This document shows, one piece after another, positions 9,044 through 17,283 of a stretch of DNA of 32,000 nt; position 1 is the stretch's first letter, and every line of letters starts with the position of its first letter. The stretch is taken from positions 485,894 through 517,893 of the forward strand of contig CAVTVB010000008.1 of the NCBI GenBank assembly GCA_963738035.1, given 5' to 3'. A program made the position numbers and the translations under genes. This DNA is from an uncultured Acidobacteriaceae bacterium (lineage in GTDB: Bacteria > Acidobacteriota > Terriglobia > Terriglobales > Acidobacteriaceae). The notes beneath the pieces were generated by a model. It was not told the DNA's origin. It saw only the letters and a list, made by a program, of their open reading frames with translations, and ran no database searches.

Positions 9044-9192
9044 GGGGCTGCGGAAAAACTCAATCGGAAACGCCGTTTTGAAAGGGCACGACTTCAGTCG
9101 TGCCGATAAGGCCAATCAAATCAAACTCGGCTTTAGCCGCCGAGGGATGCTTTCCATGAAGCTGATCGTAATCAAGCGTTTTTCCGCAGCCT
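9044..9192. repeat. REP/MITE-like palindromic intergenic element
   Basis: Perfect 14-bp terminal inverted repeats: GGCTGCGGAAAAAC (9046-9059) and GTTTTTCCGCAGCC (9178-9191). Internal hairpins are GGCACGAC-TTCA-GTCGTGCC (9084-9103) and CTCGGC-N7-GCCGAG. No coding potential. The GGCACGAC...GTCGTGCC and TTTTTCCGCAGCC motifs match a dispersed repeat I recall from acidobacterial genomes. Confidence 0.6.
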
Positions 9193-9379
9193 CTTTAGCC
9201 CTTGAAGGATGCTGGCTCGGCCTATTACGCACTTTTTCACCAAGCTGTTCAGTCGTGGTGCAGTATCAACGTAGGAAGATTGAACCTTAGCCCCGGAACC
9301 AAACGCTCAAGCAACGCGTATGCACTCACACCCCAGCCACGAGCCAGATCGCCCGTGGTTTCCACCGAGGAGGTCCGCC

Positions 9380-10123
9380 ATGTCCTCACGTTTCAATTCA
9401 CGAAATCTCGCAATCCTCTGTCTCGCCATCGGAGTGTCGGCAACGCTCTCTCAGGCGCAGGCTGGCGATTCATCCCACTCCGGCGGCATGGCCCACATGT
9501 CCGGACACATGTACATGACAACCCTGCGTCCGAAGCAGCCCGGCGATCAGGCCAAAGCCGACGCCATCGTAACCGCAGCCAAAGCGTCAATGGCTCCCTA
9601 TGAGGACTACCATGCTGCCCTCGCAGACGGCTACCGCATCTTCCTTCCCAATATTCCGCAGCCCCAGTATCACTTCACAAAAATGGCGAATGGACTTGCG
9701 GCGTGGAACCACTTCGACCCGCTGAAGCCCACCTCGCTGCTCTATCGCAAGACTCCCGACGGCGGCTACAAGCTCATCGGCGTCATGTATACCGACCGCG
9801 TCGATGCCACCGAGGACGAGATCAACAGCCGCATTCCGCTAAGCATTGCGACCTGGCATCAGCACATCAACTTCTGCAAGGCGCCTGATGGACAGAAGGC
9901 CGCGTACTTCGGCCCCAACGCGAAGTTCGGCTTGCTCGGCTCCATACATACTCAGCAGGATTGTGACGCTGCCGGCGGAGTCTTCCTCCCCCACGTCTTC
10001 GGCTGGATGGTCCACGTGTATCCTTACGAGTCTGACCCGCGCAAAATCTGGTCCGTGGACGATGACGACAGCGGTCACGACAACATGGACCACTCCGCAA
10101 TGCCCGGCATGAAGATGGATTAG
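9380..10123 (+). CDS. Secreted hypothetical protein with His/Met-rich N- and C-terminal segments
   Basis: I chose the ATG at 9380, preceded by GAGGAGG; the ORF opens at 9320. Signal peptide is MSSRFNSRNLAILCLAIGVSATLSQAQA. The mature N-terminus is GDSSHSGGMAHMSGHMYM and the C-terminus is DDDDSGHDNMDHSAMPGMKMD. Confidence 0.7.
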   Translation: MSSRFNSRNLAILCLAIGVSATLSQAQAGDSSHSGGMAHMSGHMYMTTLRPKQPGDQAKADAIVTAAKASMAPYEDYHAALADGYRIFLPNIPQPQYHFTKMANGLAAWNHFDPLKPTSLLYRKTPDGGYKLIGVMYTDRVDATEDEINSRIPLSIATWHQHINFCKAPDGQKAAYFGPNAKFGLLGSIHTQQDCDAAGGVFLPHVFGWMVHVYPYESDPRKIWSVDDDDSGHDNMDHSAMPGMKMD

Positions 10124-10151
10124 CGAACCGCGAACAACGAGCTATGCTCTC

Positions 10152-10733
10152 TCACCACGCACCCGGCCCCGGCAGCGTACGCGTGTGATGAAACGTGTAC
10201 TCGCCGATCAGGCTTTCTGATCCCTCTTCATCAACAGCAAGCAGACGCGCCACCATCGAACTAGTCGGCGCTGCCTTTGCGAAGGTGATCGACTGCTGCC
10301 AAACCACCCCGCCTGTCTCCCGCGCAAAGGGAATATCCGGCAGCCTGAATTGCTCCCTTCCTGCGGGATCGCACAGGCTCAGGTCGATCCGCTTCGCGTG
10401 GCTGAGGTCTGCCTTGAGACGGCCAACCAGAAGATCATCCTCGGCCGTAACTGTGCACTGTACGCTGCCCCCGGCCGGCGGTGCATATTCGCTAACACGC
10501 GCACCGTTCGCTTTCGCGCGGTCCAGAAACGAGTCGCTCACCACCATCATTAACGATCCTGCGTATGCCACGTCGCGAACCCCTTCGGCCAGTGCAATCA
10601 CTTCCTGGAGCCGGGCCCCGCATTCATCGCATCCGAACAGATGCTCTTCTAAGCTCTCTTCTTCTGTCCGCGAAAGGGAGCCGAGCCAATAGTCCGCAAG
10701 AATCGCGGCATCGAGCCGCACCGCGCAATTCAT
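10152..10733 (-). CDS. Anti-sigma factor, zf-HC2 (ZAS) type, with no predicted transmembrane segment
   Basis: The ATG at 10733 overlaps the sigma gene stop (ATGA); the ORF could extend to 10766. The H-x3-C-x2-C motif is EEHLFGCDECGARL. No hydrophobic stretch of 18 aa or more follows. Confidence 0.75.
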   Translation of the reverse strand: MNCAVRLDAAILADYWLGSLSRTEEESLEEHLFGCDECGARLQEVIALAEGVRDVAYAGSLMMVVSDSFLDRAKANGARVSEYAPPAGGSVQCTVTAEDDLLVGRLKADLSHAKRIDLSLCDPAGREQFRLPDIPFARETGGVVWQQSITFAKAAPTSSMVARLLAVDEEGSESLIGEYTFHHTRTLPGPGAW

Positions 10734-11290
10734 CGCCCCACCCTCGTCTGCGTAGCTCCTAGGCAATTGCGCAACTGGTGAATCGCACGATGCCGGATCA
10801 CGCGCACGTTCGCCTCCGATACACCAAGAAAATGCGCGACGTCCGCGCCGGTTTGCTCGTCGTAGAACGACATCACGACAACTGCGCGTTCTCTCTCTTT
10901 CAACCCCTGCACGCAGCGAGTCAATTTCTCATGATCGAGCCGCGGACCCGGCGCATGACCCGCCATCGGCACGTCTCCGCCAAATTGCTCCAGGAGCATC
11001 TGCCGTCTCTGTGCATTCCGCTTCTGATCCATCACTGTCATCCGGCATGTCCCCAGCACAAATGAAGCCATCTTCTCCGGTTCCCGCAGACGGCCCTCGC
11101 GCAGCGCCAGCAACGCCTGCATCAATACCTGCTGCACCAGGTCCTCGGCGGCATGCCGGTCGCGCAGGTGGCGTAAGCCATACAACCGAACGCGCGGGGC
11201 CATCCGTCTGCAGAATTCAGCCTCGGCCTCCGGATCGCTTCCACTGCCGATCCGAAGCACAATCTCCGCATCATTCAGGTTGATTTCCAT
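10730..11290 (-). CDS. ECF-type sigma-70 family RNA polymerase sigma factor
   Basis: About 186 aa. The start is ATG 11290 or TTG 11293. Region 2 is AEDLVQQVLMQALLAL. The region 4 HTH is ERAVVVMSFYDEQTGADVAHFLGVSEANVRVIRHRAIHQLR. Confidence 0.88.
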   Translation of the reverse strand: MEINLNDAEIVLRIGSGSDPEAEAEFCRRMAPRVRLYGLRHLRDRHAAEDLVQQVLMQALLALREGRLREPEKMASFVLGTCRMTVMDQKRNAQRRQMLLEQFGGDVPMAGHAPGPRLDHEKLTRCVQGLKERERAVVVMSFYDEQTGADVAHFLGVSEANVRVIRHRAIHQLRNCLGATQTRVGR

Positions 11291-11303
11291 CAACCCATAT
11301 TTT

Positions 11304-11334
11304 ATGTGTAACGACTCGCCTCCCCGTTACACAT
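11304..11334. promoter_or_regulatory. Perfect 10-11-10 inverted repeat in the divergent ECF-sigma / cupin intergenic region
   Basis: ATGTGTAACG (11304-11313) and CGTTACACAT (11325-11334) are exact reverse complements. The repeat lies 14 nt upstream of the sigma ATG and 59 nt upstream of the cupin ATG. Confidence 0.5.
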
Positions 11335-11392
11335 CCGGTCATACAAAGCGAACCGAACCACCAAAAGGTTTGCGTCCATAAGGAGAATGCTC

Positions 11393-12304
11393 ATGAACGC
11401 GCAAGTCGCCATGCCCAACATCAATACCCGGGAAGATAAGGCCTTCCAGTTTCTCGGAGTTCCCACGCTCCTGCGAGCGAGCGCCGACACCACCAACGGA
11501 GCCTTTGGGCTGGTCGAGCATTGGGCAATCCCGCCTGCCTTTGCCTCGCCCTACCACACGCACCATCGCGAAGATGAGGCCTTCTACGTGCTTGAGGGCG
11601 AAATGGCATTTGTGTGCGACGGAAAATGGATGCGCGGAGGACCGGGAACCTACGTCTTCGGCCCACGTGAGATCCCCCATGGCTTCAAAGTCACAGGCGA
11701 CAAGCCCGCTCGCATGCTGCTGCTGTGCGCTCCCGGCGGATTCGAAAGCTTCGTCCTCGAACTCGGTCAGCCTGCAGACACGCCTCCCACGCCGCCCGAT
11801 ATGGCGAAACTGATGGCAACCGCTGCGCAATATCACATCGACATCCTGGGGCCCCTGCCCGAGGAACCGGTGGACTTTGCGCATTCCGCCAATGCCCCAA
11901 AAGACAACAAAACTCTAAACCACCTCTGGATCGAGGCTTTCAATGCCCGGGATTGGACTGCGGAACGCGCATTTCGCAGCGACAACTTTCGTGCAGTGAT
12001 GTCCGGATCGCCCCTCCCTCTCGACAACAACGCCTGGTCGGGATTCATGAAGGAATTCACCACCGCATTTCCCGACGCGCACATCGAAATCGAGTCCTGC
12101 ATCGGAGAAGGCGATCACACCTCCACGAGCTGGACTCTGGCCGGCACGCATCGCGCCTCGTTCAATGGCATTCCCGCCACCGGTCGCAACATCCAGTTCG
12201 CCGGCATCGAATTCAACCGTTTCGTCGACGGCCGCATCGCCGAGCACCGCTCTCAATTCGACCTCGCCGGGCTCTTGCACCAGCTCAGTGCGACAACGGC
12301 GTAA
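11393..12304 (+). CDS. Cupin domain fused to a SnoaL-like ester/polyketide cyclase domain
   Basis: AAGGAGA lies 7 nt upstream of ATG 11393; there is an alternative ATG at 11387. The N-terminal half has the cupin motifs PYHTHHREDEAFYVLEGE and GTYVFGPREIPHGF. The C-terminal half (NHLWIEAFNARDW...FNGIPATGRNIQFAGIEFNRFVDGRIAEH) looks SnoaL/ester-cyclase-like. Confidence 0.75.
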   Translation: MNAQVAMPNINTREDKAFQFLGVPTLLRASADTTNGAFGLVEHWAIPPAFASPYHTHHREDEAFYVLEGEMAFVCDGKWMRGGPGTYVFGPREIPHGFKVTGDKPARMLLLCAPGGFESFVLELGQPADTPPTPPDMAKLMATAAQYHIDILGPLPEEPVDFAHSANAPKDNKTLNHLWIEAFNARDWTAERAFRSDNFRAVMSGSPLPLDNNAWSGFMKEFTTAFPDAHIEIESCIGEGDHTSTSWTLAGTHRASFNGIPATGRNIQFAGIEFNRFVDGRIAEHRSQFDLAGLLHQLSATTA

Positions 12305-12322
12305 CCGCGGATCACCGACCGC

Positions 12323-12361
12323 CCCATCCTGGCGACGCCTTTTTCCCGTCTCCAGGATGGG
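12323..12361. terminator. Hairpin between convergent genes (possible terminator, no U-tract)
   Basis: Perfect 10-bp stem CCCATCCTGG / CCAGGATGGG with a 19-nt loop, located between stop codons at 12304 and 12407. Confidence 0.35.
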
Positions 12362-12406
12362 AGCCGCAGCAGTCGTCCCCGATTCCTACTGTATTGTCTT
12401 GATTCC

Positions 12407-13684
12407 TCAACGAAGGCGGAAGCGCATGACGAGTCCCGATGATAGCTTTTCGCCTGGCTTCAAATCGCCATGCTCATCGAGAACATCCCATCCGGAATTT
12501 GCGATGTAATAAAACCAGTCGCCCACCACCACCCCATGCGTTGGATCGCCCAGCGTGGCTGTCGCTCGCTCAATAATTTCCTCCGACACGACACTCTCTC
12601 GCGATCGATCGAGTTTCATGCGCACCACGCGCTCCGGCGAGGTTCCGTTCTGCGTCAGGATGAGCGAACCGTTCGCGAAGTAGAGCCCGTCCACCCCATT
12701 CAGCGCAACCTTCGCATGGCCGTCGTGATTCAACCAGCGCACCGAGCCGTCCGTGAGATCGAGAATCCCGATCCCGCGCAAGTAGTCGGGAATAGCCACC
12801 AGGTTTCCGCCGGCGAGCACCACTGGGGTCTGGGGCGAAATGAAGTCCTTTCCATTGATCAGCACCAGTCGTCCCTCTTCAACTTTATAAATTCCTCCGC
12901 CTTCACCGTCGCTGACGATCGGAACGCCCGCCTCCGTCAGCGCCATATCTCCCAGCGCAGTATGCGGCAAACTCTCGATCCGGCTGAACAACTTTGCCGT
13001 TCGAAGGTCGAAACACAGCACTGCCGATTTTCCCCAATCGGCTTTTGGCGCAGCGGTAAAGCCATCCAGTGCTACTTCCGTCGCCCACACACGGTTACGT
13101 TTCGCATCCACCTTGATCGCCAGCATCGGCCATCCACTCGGCGAAGATGCAAACACAGAAGCCTGTCCCGAAGATGAAACCCGAACAATCTTCTTCTCCA
13201 GCACGCTCGTAATGAGAAACGTCTTCGATTGCGGATCGAAGTCAATGTCCTCCGGGATAAGTCCGGCATCCGGCAGCCTGAATGCCACCTCCGATCGCGC
13301 GACTGGCGTCTTGTTCTGCCGGAAGCGCTCCAGAATGGATTTGTATTCGGGAAGATCGTGCAGTGCGACGAAGGCTTTGTCCGTTCCGGCGAGCATCGTG
13401 TCATCCACCTGCCCCATGGCCGCGAATTCGTTCAATGCCGCCAGCGCATTCTGGTTATCCGGCATATCAGCATACGCGCGGGCCGTCGCTTCAACTGCAT
13501 TCGGCGCATCATTCAGCAGAGTACGAACTTTCAGGGCCGCATCGAGATATCCGCGCTTGTCCCCGGCCGCGCGCGCCGCATGCGCCTGCTTCTGCAGTTG
13601 CGCAAGTTCTTCCACCGCGGTGGGCGCGCTTGACGCGCCGAGCACCCACAGCAATAACAGTGCAATCAGTTGGAGCCTTCCCAT
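12407..13684 (-). CDS. Secreted protein: N-terminal helical (TPR-like) region plus beta-propeller-like domain
   Basis: 425 aa. Signal peptide is MGRLQLIALLLLWVLGASSA. An approximately 120-aa Ala-rich helical region is followed by repeated strand motifs (IDFDPQSKTFLITSV, IKVDAKRNRVWAT, DGLYFANGSLILTQ) reminiscent of SMP-30/NHL-type propellers. Confidence 0.65.
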   Translation of the reverse strand: MGRLQLIALLLLWVLGASSAPTAVEELAQLQKQAHAARAAGDKRGYLDAALKVRTLLNDAPNAVEATARAYADMPDNQNALAALNEFAAMGQVDDTMLAGTDKAFVALHDLPEYKSILERFRQNKTPVARSEVAFRLPDAGLIPEDIDFDPQSKTFLITSVLEKKIVRVSSSGQASVFASSPSGWPMLAIKVDAKRNRVWATEVALDGFTAAPKADWGKSAVLCFDLRTAKLFSRIESLPHTALGDMALTEAGVPIVSDGEGGGIYKVEEGRLVLINGKDFISPQTPVVLAGGNLVAIPDYLRGIGILDLTDGSVRWLNHDGHAKVALNGVDGLYFANGSLILTQNGTSPERVVRMKLDRSRESVVSEEIIERATATLGDPTHGVVVGDWFYYIANSGWDVLDEHGDLKPGEKLSSGLVMRFRLR

Positions 13685-13717
13685 TGGTCGATACTAAGCC
13701 CGAAGCAGGAAAAGCGC

Positions 13718-14830
13718 TCAAAGAATAGGCGACTCGACAAGGTCGAGAGTCTCTGCCGCGAAATAGCGTCTCTGGAACCAGAATGCGACATTCACCAACC
13801 CAATCAGCGCCGGCACTTCAATCAGCGGTCCGACGACGCCAACAAACGCTTCGCCGGAGTTCAACCCGAATACCGCCACGGCTACGGCAATGGCCAGCTC
13901 GAAGTTGTTGCCGGCGGCGGTGAATGACAACGTAGCCGATTGCGCATAGTTTGCGCCCAGTCGCTTGCCCATCCAGAAGCTAACGAGGAACATGATCAGG
14001 AAATACACCACCAGCGGTATCGCGATGCGCAGCACGTCCAGCGGCAGCCGGACAATCAGGTCGCCTTTCAACGAAAACATGACGAGAATCGTAAACAGCA
14101 GCGCCACCAGCGTCAGCGGGCTGATGCGGGGAATGAAACGCGTGCGATACCACTCCTCGCCTTTCAGCCGAATCAGCACAAAGCGCGTAATCATCCCCGA
14201 CACAAAAGGAATGCCAAGATAAATACCCACACTCTTCGCAATCTGTGCGATGCTCACATCCACAGCACTGCCCTGCAGCCCGAACCATTTCGGCAGCACC
14301 GTAATGAAAACCCACGCATAGAAGCTATAGAAGAGCACCTGGAAGACGCTGTTGATCGCAACAAGGCCAGCGGCGTAATCCGTGTCGCCATTCGCCAGTT
14401 CGTTCCACACCAGCACCATCGCGATGCAGCGTGCGATGCCGATCAGGATCAACCCACGCATGTACGCCGGCTCTCCGCGCAGAAAAATAACGGCAAGTAC
14501 GAACATCAGCGCTGGACCGATCACCCAGTTCTGCACCAGTGAGAGCCCGAGTACTCGCTTCCTGCGAAAGACCTCCCCCAGCTTCTCGTAACGCACCTTG
14601 GCGAGCGGCGGAAACATCATGATGATCAGCCCGATGGCAATCGGAATATTCGTTGTCCCGCTCTGAAAGCGATTCACGAATCCAGCTGAGCCCGGTACAA
14701 AATGTCCCAGCCCAACCCCAACCGCCATCGCCAGAAAGATCCACAGCGTCAAAAATCGGTCGAGAAACGAAAGCTTTTTCCGTTCCAGTGGAGCGCATAT
14801 CTGGCCTTGCGTGTAAGGTGTGCTCGACAT
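13718..14830 (-). CDS. acr3: Arsenite efflux transporter, ACR3 family
   Basis: The ATG at 14830 lies 2 nt after the arsR stop, with GAGGT upstream; the ORF could extend to 14914. The protein is polytopic, with [25 protein letters not shown] and the signature [17 protein letters not shown]. Confidence 0.9.
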   Translation of the reverse strand: MSSTPYTQGQICAPLERKKLSFLDRFLTLWIFLAMAVGVGLGHFVPGSAGFVNRFQSGTTNIPIAIGLIIMMFPPLAKVRYEKLGEVFRRKRVLGLSLVQNWVIGPALMFVLAVIFLRGEPAYMRGLILIGIARCIAMVLVWNELANGDTDYAAGLVAINSVFQVLFYSFYAWVFITVLPKWFGLQGSAVDVSIAQIAKSVGIYLGIPFVSGMITRFVLIRLKGEEWYRTRFIPRISPLTLVALLFTILVMFSLKGDLIVRLPLDVLRIAIPLVVYFLIMFLVSFWMGKRLGANYAQSATLSFTAAGNNFELAIAVAVAVFGLNSGEAFVGVVGPLIEVPALIGLVNVAFWFQRRYFAAETLDLVESPIL

Positions 14831-14832
14831 CG

Positions 14833-15219
14833 TTACCTCGCCTCGGCCGCACAATCCACAGCACCAGGTCGTGGAGCGCTTTGCAGAGCTACAAACTTCG
14901 CCGGACTGCAGCATGCCTTCGACAGCCGCGCCCGATCCGCCTGCATCGCACGATCTTCACGGAGCCACGCCAGTGTCTGGCGCAAAACCTGCGTCGCGCC
15001 GATGCTCGGCGGCATCACGATGCGATAGTGCATCCACTTCCCTTCGCGCCGCGCCTGCACAATTCCCGCCCTGCGCAGATACGCCAGATGCCGCGAAATC
15101 TTCGGCTGCCCCTGTGCCAGGATCTCCACGAAATAGCAGACGCAAATCTCCTGATCGCCCATCAGATTCAGCAGGCGCAGCCGCGTATTGTCGCCCAGCG
15201 CCTGAAAGAAACGTTCCAT
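14833..15219 (-). CDS. arsR: ArsR/SmtB-family metalloregulator
   Basis: 128 aa. The HTH region is [45 protein letters not shown]. It has a CVC metalloid site and an extra C-terminal Cys pair (KACCSPA). Confidence 0.9.
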   Translation of the reverse strand: MERFFQALGDNTRLRLLNLMGDQEICVCYFVEILAQGQPKISRHLAYLRRAGIVQARREGKWMHYRIVMPPSIGATQVLRQTLAWLREDRAMQADRARLSKACCSPAKFVALQSAPRPGAVDCAAEAR

Positions 15220-15254
15220 ATCGAATTCTGCGATGATCTCGCCGTCATGATTTA

Positions 15255-15308
15255 TATATACGCCTTGACGAATACGTTGACAAGAGATATATTCGCTTAC
15301 GTGAATAT
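15255..15308. promoter_or_regulatory. Face-to-face divergent ars promoters with candidate ArsR operator
   Basis: Plus strand: TTGACG (15265-15270), N17, TATATT (15288-15293). Minus strand: TTGTCA (15283-15278), N17, TATATA (15260-15255). The inverted repeat ATATTC-N8-GAATAT (15289-15308) overlaps the arsM -10 and start region. Confidence 0.6.
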
Positions 15309-15329
15309 GTTTTTATAAGGAGATACGTC

Positions 15330-16256
15330 ATGGCAGAACAGATTCTCGAATCGGTGAAATCAAAGTACGCAGCCGTCGCTGAGAGTTCTCTTTCCAGCGA
15401 AAACGCCGGCGTCAAAGCCGTGGCCGAAGCCTTCGGCTACACGGCCGAAGAACTCACGTCGATTCCCGCGGAAGCCAACATGGGCCTCTCCTGCGGCAAT
15501 CCCACGGCAACCGCGCACCTCAGGCCCGGCGAAGTAGTCGTCGATCTCGGCTCCGGCGGCGGCCTCGACGTATTTCTCGCGTCGAAGCAGGTCGGTCCCA
15601 CAGGCCGCGCCATCGGCATCGATATGACGCCCGCCATGATTGAGCGCGCCCGCGCCAATGCCCAGGCCGGCGGCTACACCAACGTCGACTTCCACCTCTC
15701 CACCATCGACAAGATTCCGTTGCCCGACGCGTCGGTCGATTGCGTCATTTCGAATTGCGTCCTGAATCTCGCGCCCGACAAGCCCGCCGTCTTCCGCGAA
15801 ATCGCCCGCGTCCTCAAGCCCGGCGGCCGTCTCGCCGTCAGCGACATCGCCTTGAAGCACGAACTGCCCGAAGCCATCGCCAAGAGCGTTGCCGCCTACG
15901 TCGGCTGCATCGCCGGAGCCATCCGCATCGACGACTACCGCAGCGGCCTTCTTGCTGCCGGCTTCGAGCACGTTGAAATTGTCGACAGCGGCGCCGACCT
16001 CAACGCCTACGCCAAGGTCGAAAACCAGTCAGGCTGTTGCTCTCCCGCAATGGACAAGGCAGACGCTCCAAGTCCGGTCGTTGAGGCATCCTGCTGCTCG
16101 CCCGCTCCCGCCGCCGAAGCCACACTGCACGATGAGTTGAAGACGCTCCTCGCAAACTACGACGTCAACGCGGCTGCTGCCAGCGTCAAGGTCTACGCGA
16201 TCAAGCCGGCAGCCGCGACCGCAAAGTCCTGCTGCGGCCCAACCTGCTGCTCGTGA
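15330..16256 (+). CDS. arsM: Arsenite S-adenosylmethionine methyltransferase
   Basis: 308 aa. AAGGAG lies 7 nt upstream of the ATG. The SAM motif is [11 protein letters not shown]. Conserved Cys occur in LSCGNP, SNCVLNL and YVGCIAG. The C-terminal tail carries four vicinal Cys pairs. Confidence 0.9.
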   Translation: MAEQILESVKSKYAAVAESSLSSENAGVKAVAEAFGYTAEELTSIPAEANMGLSCGNPTATAHLRPGEVVVDLGSGGGLDVFLASKQVGPTGRAIGIDMTPAMIERARANAQAGGYTNVDFHLSTIDKIPLPDASVDCVISNCVLNLAPDKPAVFREIARVLKPGGRLAVSDIALKHELPEAIAKSVAAYVGCIAGAIRIDDYRSGLLAAGFEHVEIVDSGADLNAYAKVENQSGCCSPAMDKADAPSPVVEASCCSPAPAAEATLHDELKTLLANYDVNAAAASVKVYAIKPAAATAKSCCGPTCCS

Positions 16257-16684
16257 TGAAAGGCGCAGCGATGTTCAAAGTAATCTTTGCCTGTGTACAC
16301 AACGCCGGCCGCTCGCAGATGGCGGCCGCGTTCTTCAATCAGCTCGCCGATCGCAAAAAAGCTGAAGCCATCTCCGCCGGAACCGATCCCGGTCCGCGCG
16401 TTCACCCCGAAGTGCTCGCCGCCATGCAGGAAATCGGCATCGACCTCAGCAGCGCGAAGCCGCAAAAGCTAACCGACGACCTCGCGCGCCAGGCGCAGCT
16501 CCTCATCACCATGGGCTGCGGCGATCAGTGTCCATATGTTCCCGGCCTCCGCCGCGACGACTGGCCTCTCCGCGATCCCAAAGGCCAGCCCATGGAAGAG
16601 GTCCGGAAAATCCGCGATGAAATCCGCGCCCGCGTGCAATCTCTTCTTGCCCACGAAGGCCTCACCACCACGTCACAAGGCTAG
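16256..16684 (+). CDS. arsC: Arsenate reductase, low-molecular-weight phosphatase (LMW-PTP) type
   Basis: The C-x5-R-S motif is FACVHNAGRSQMAAAF, with downstream Cys in MGCGDQCPY. ATG 16256 overlaps the arsM TGA. Alternative starts are GTG 16253 and ATG 16271. Confidence 0.88.
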   Translation: MKGAAMFKVIFACVHNAGRSQMAAAFFNQLADRKKAEAISAGTDPGPRVHPEVLAAMQEIGIDLSSAKPQKLTDDLARQAQLLITMGCGDQCPYVPGLRRDDWPLRDPKGQPMEEVRKIRDEIRARVQSLLAHEGLTTTSQG

Positions 16685-17166
16685 CCCCACGCCCCCAGCA
16701 GCCGTCGCACCAGCACCAATTGCCCGACGTGGTACGCATTGTGATCCGCCACCAGCAGCGCCTCGCGCAATATCGTCTGCCCATCGCCATGCGGAATCTT
16801 CGCAAACAGATCCGTCTTCGGGTCCTCGACCAGCGCGCACATCTCTTTCAAGTCCTTCTTGAACGCGCGCACGCTCTTGTCCCAAGCCTTGTCGTCCGCC
16901 GGAGCCTTCTCTTTCGGCCAGTAGTCATCGGGCCATTTCAGTGCGTGGTATTTCTCATTGCGCGAAAAATCCAGAATGTCCCACTGCGCAAGCCGCAGAT
17001 GCTCCAGCAACTGCCAGGGAGAATGTTCCGCCCCCTTCGGCACCTTTCCCCGTAACTCCACCGGCAGATCCCTTCACCGCCTGGTCGAAAGTCGCGTGCG
17101 CATGTCCGCAGTGTCAAAAGCTCCACCACGTGTTTCCGTAATGCCGCATCCGTCTTATCCGCCATC
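16681..17166 (-). pseudogene. DinB-family (DinB_2) gene interrupted by two +1 frameshifts
   Basis: Three consecutive frames together give a normal DinB protein of about 160 aa. These are MADKTDAALRKHVVELLTLR (from ATG 17166), then HAHATFDQAVK, then LPVELRGKVPKGAEHSPWQLLEHLRLAQWDILDF...HNAYHVGQL (the 126-aa ORF 16681-17061). Frame changes fall near 17106 and at the CCC run 17070-17072. Confidence 0.75.
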
Positions 17167-17283
17167 AAACCCCTCCGCATCAACGGATTCCAGTTTGGCA
17201 GGAAAGATTCGAAATCCCGCCCGGGGGTCCTGAAAATCACAGCATTTGTTATAGACTTCGCTGCCAAGCGATGTCCCCGACGC

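Noticed and set aside
8892-9290. 132-aa ORF spanning the REP-like element
   Set aside because: It runs through the terminator hairpin and the palindromic repeat, has no RBS and has odd composition. It is most likely a translation artefact of the repeat.
11304-11334. Reading the inverted repeat as an ECF-type promoter (GTAAC ... CGTT)
   Set aside because: The AAC-to-CGT spacing is about 12 nt, against the 16-17 nt typical of ECF promoters. It is kept only as a generic palindrome.
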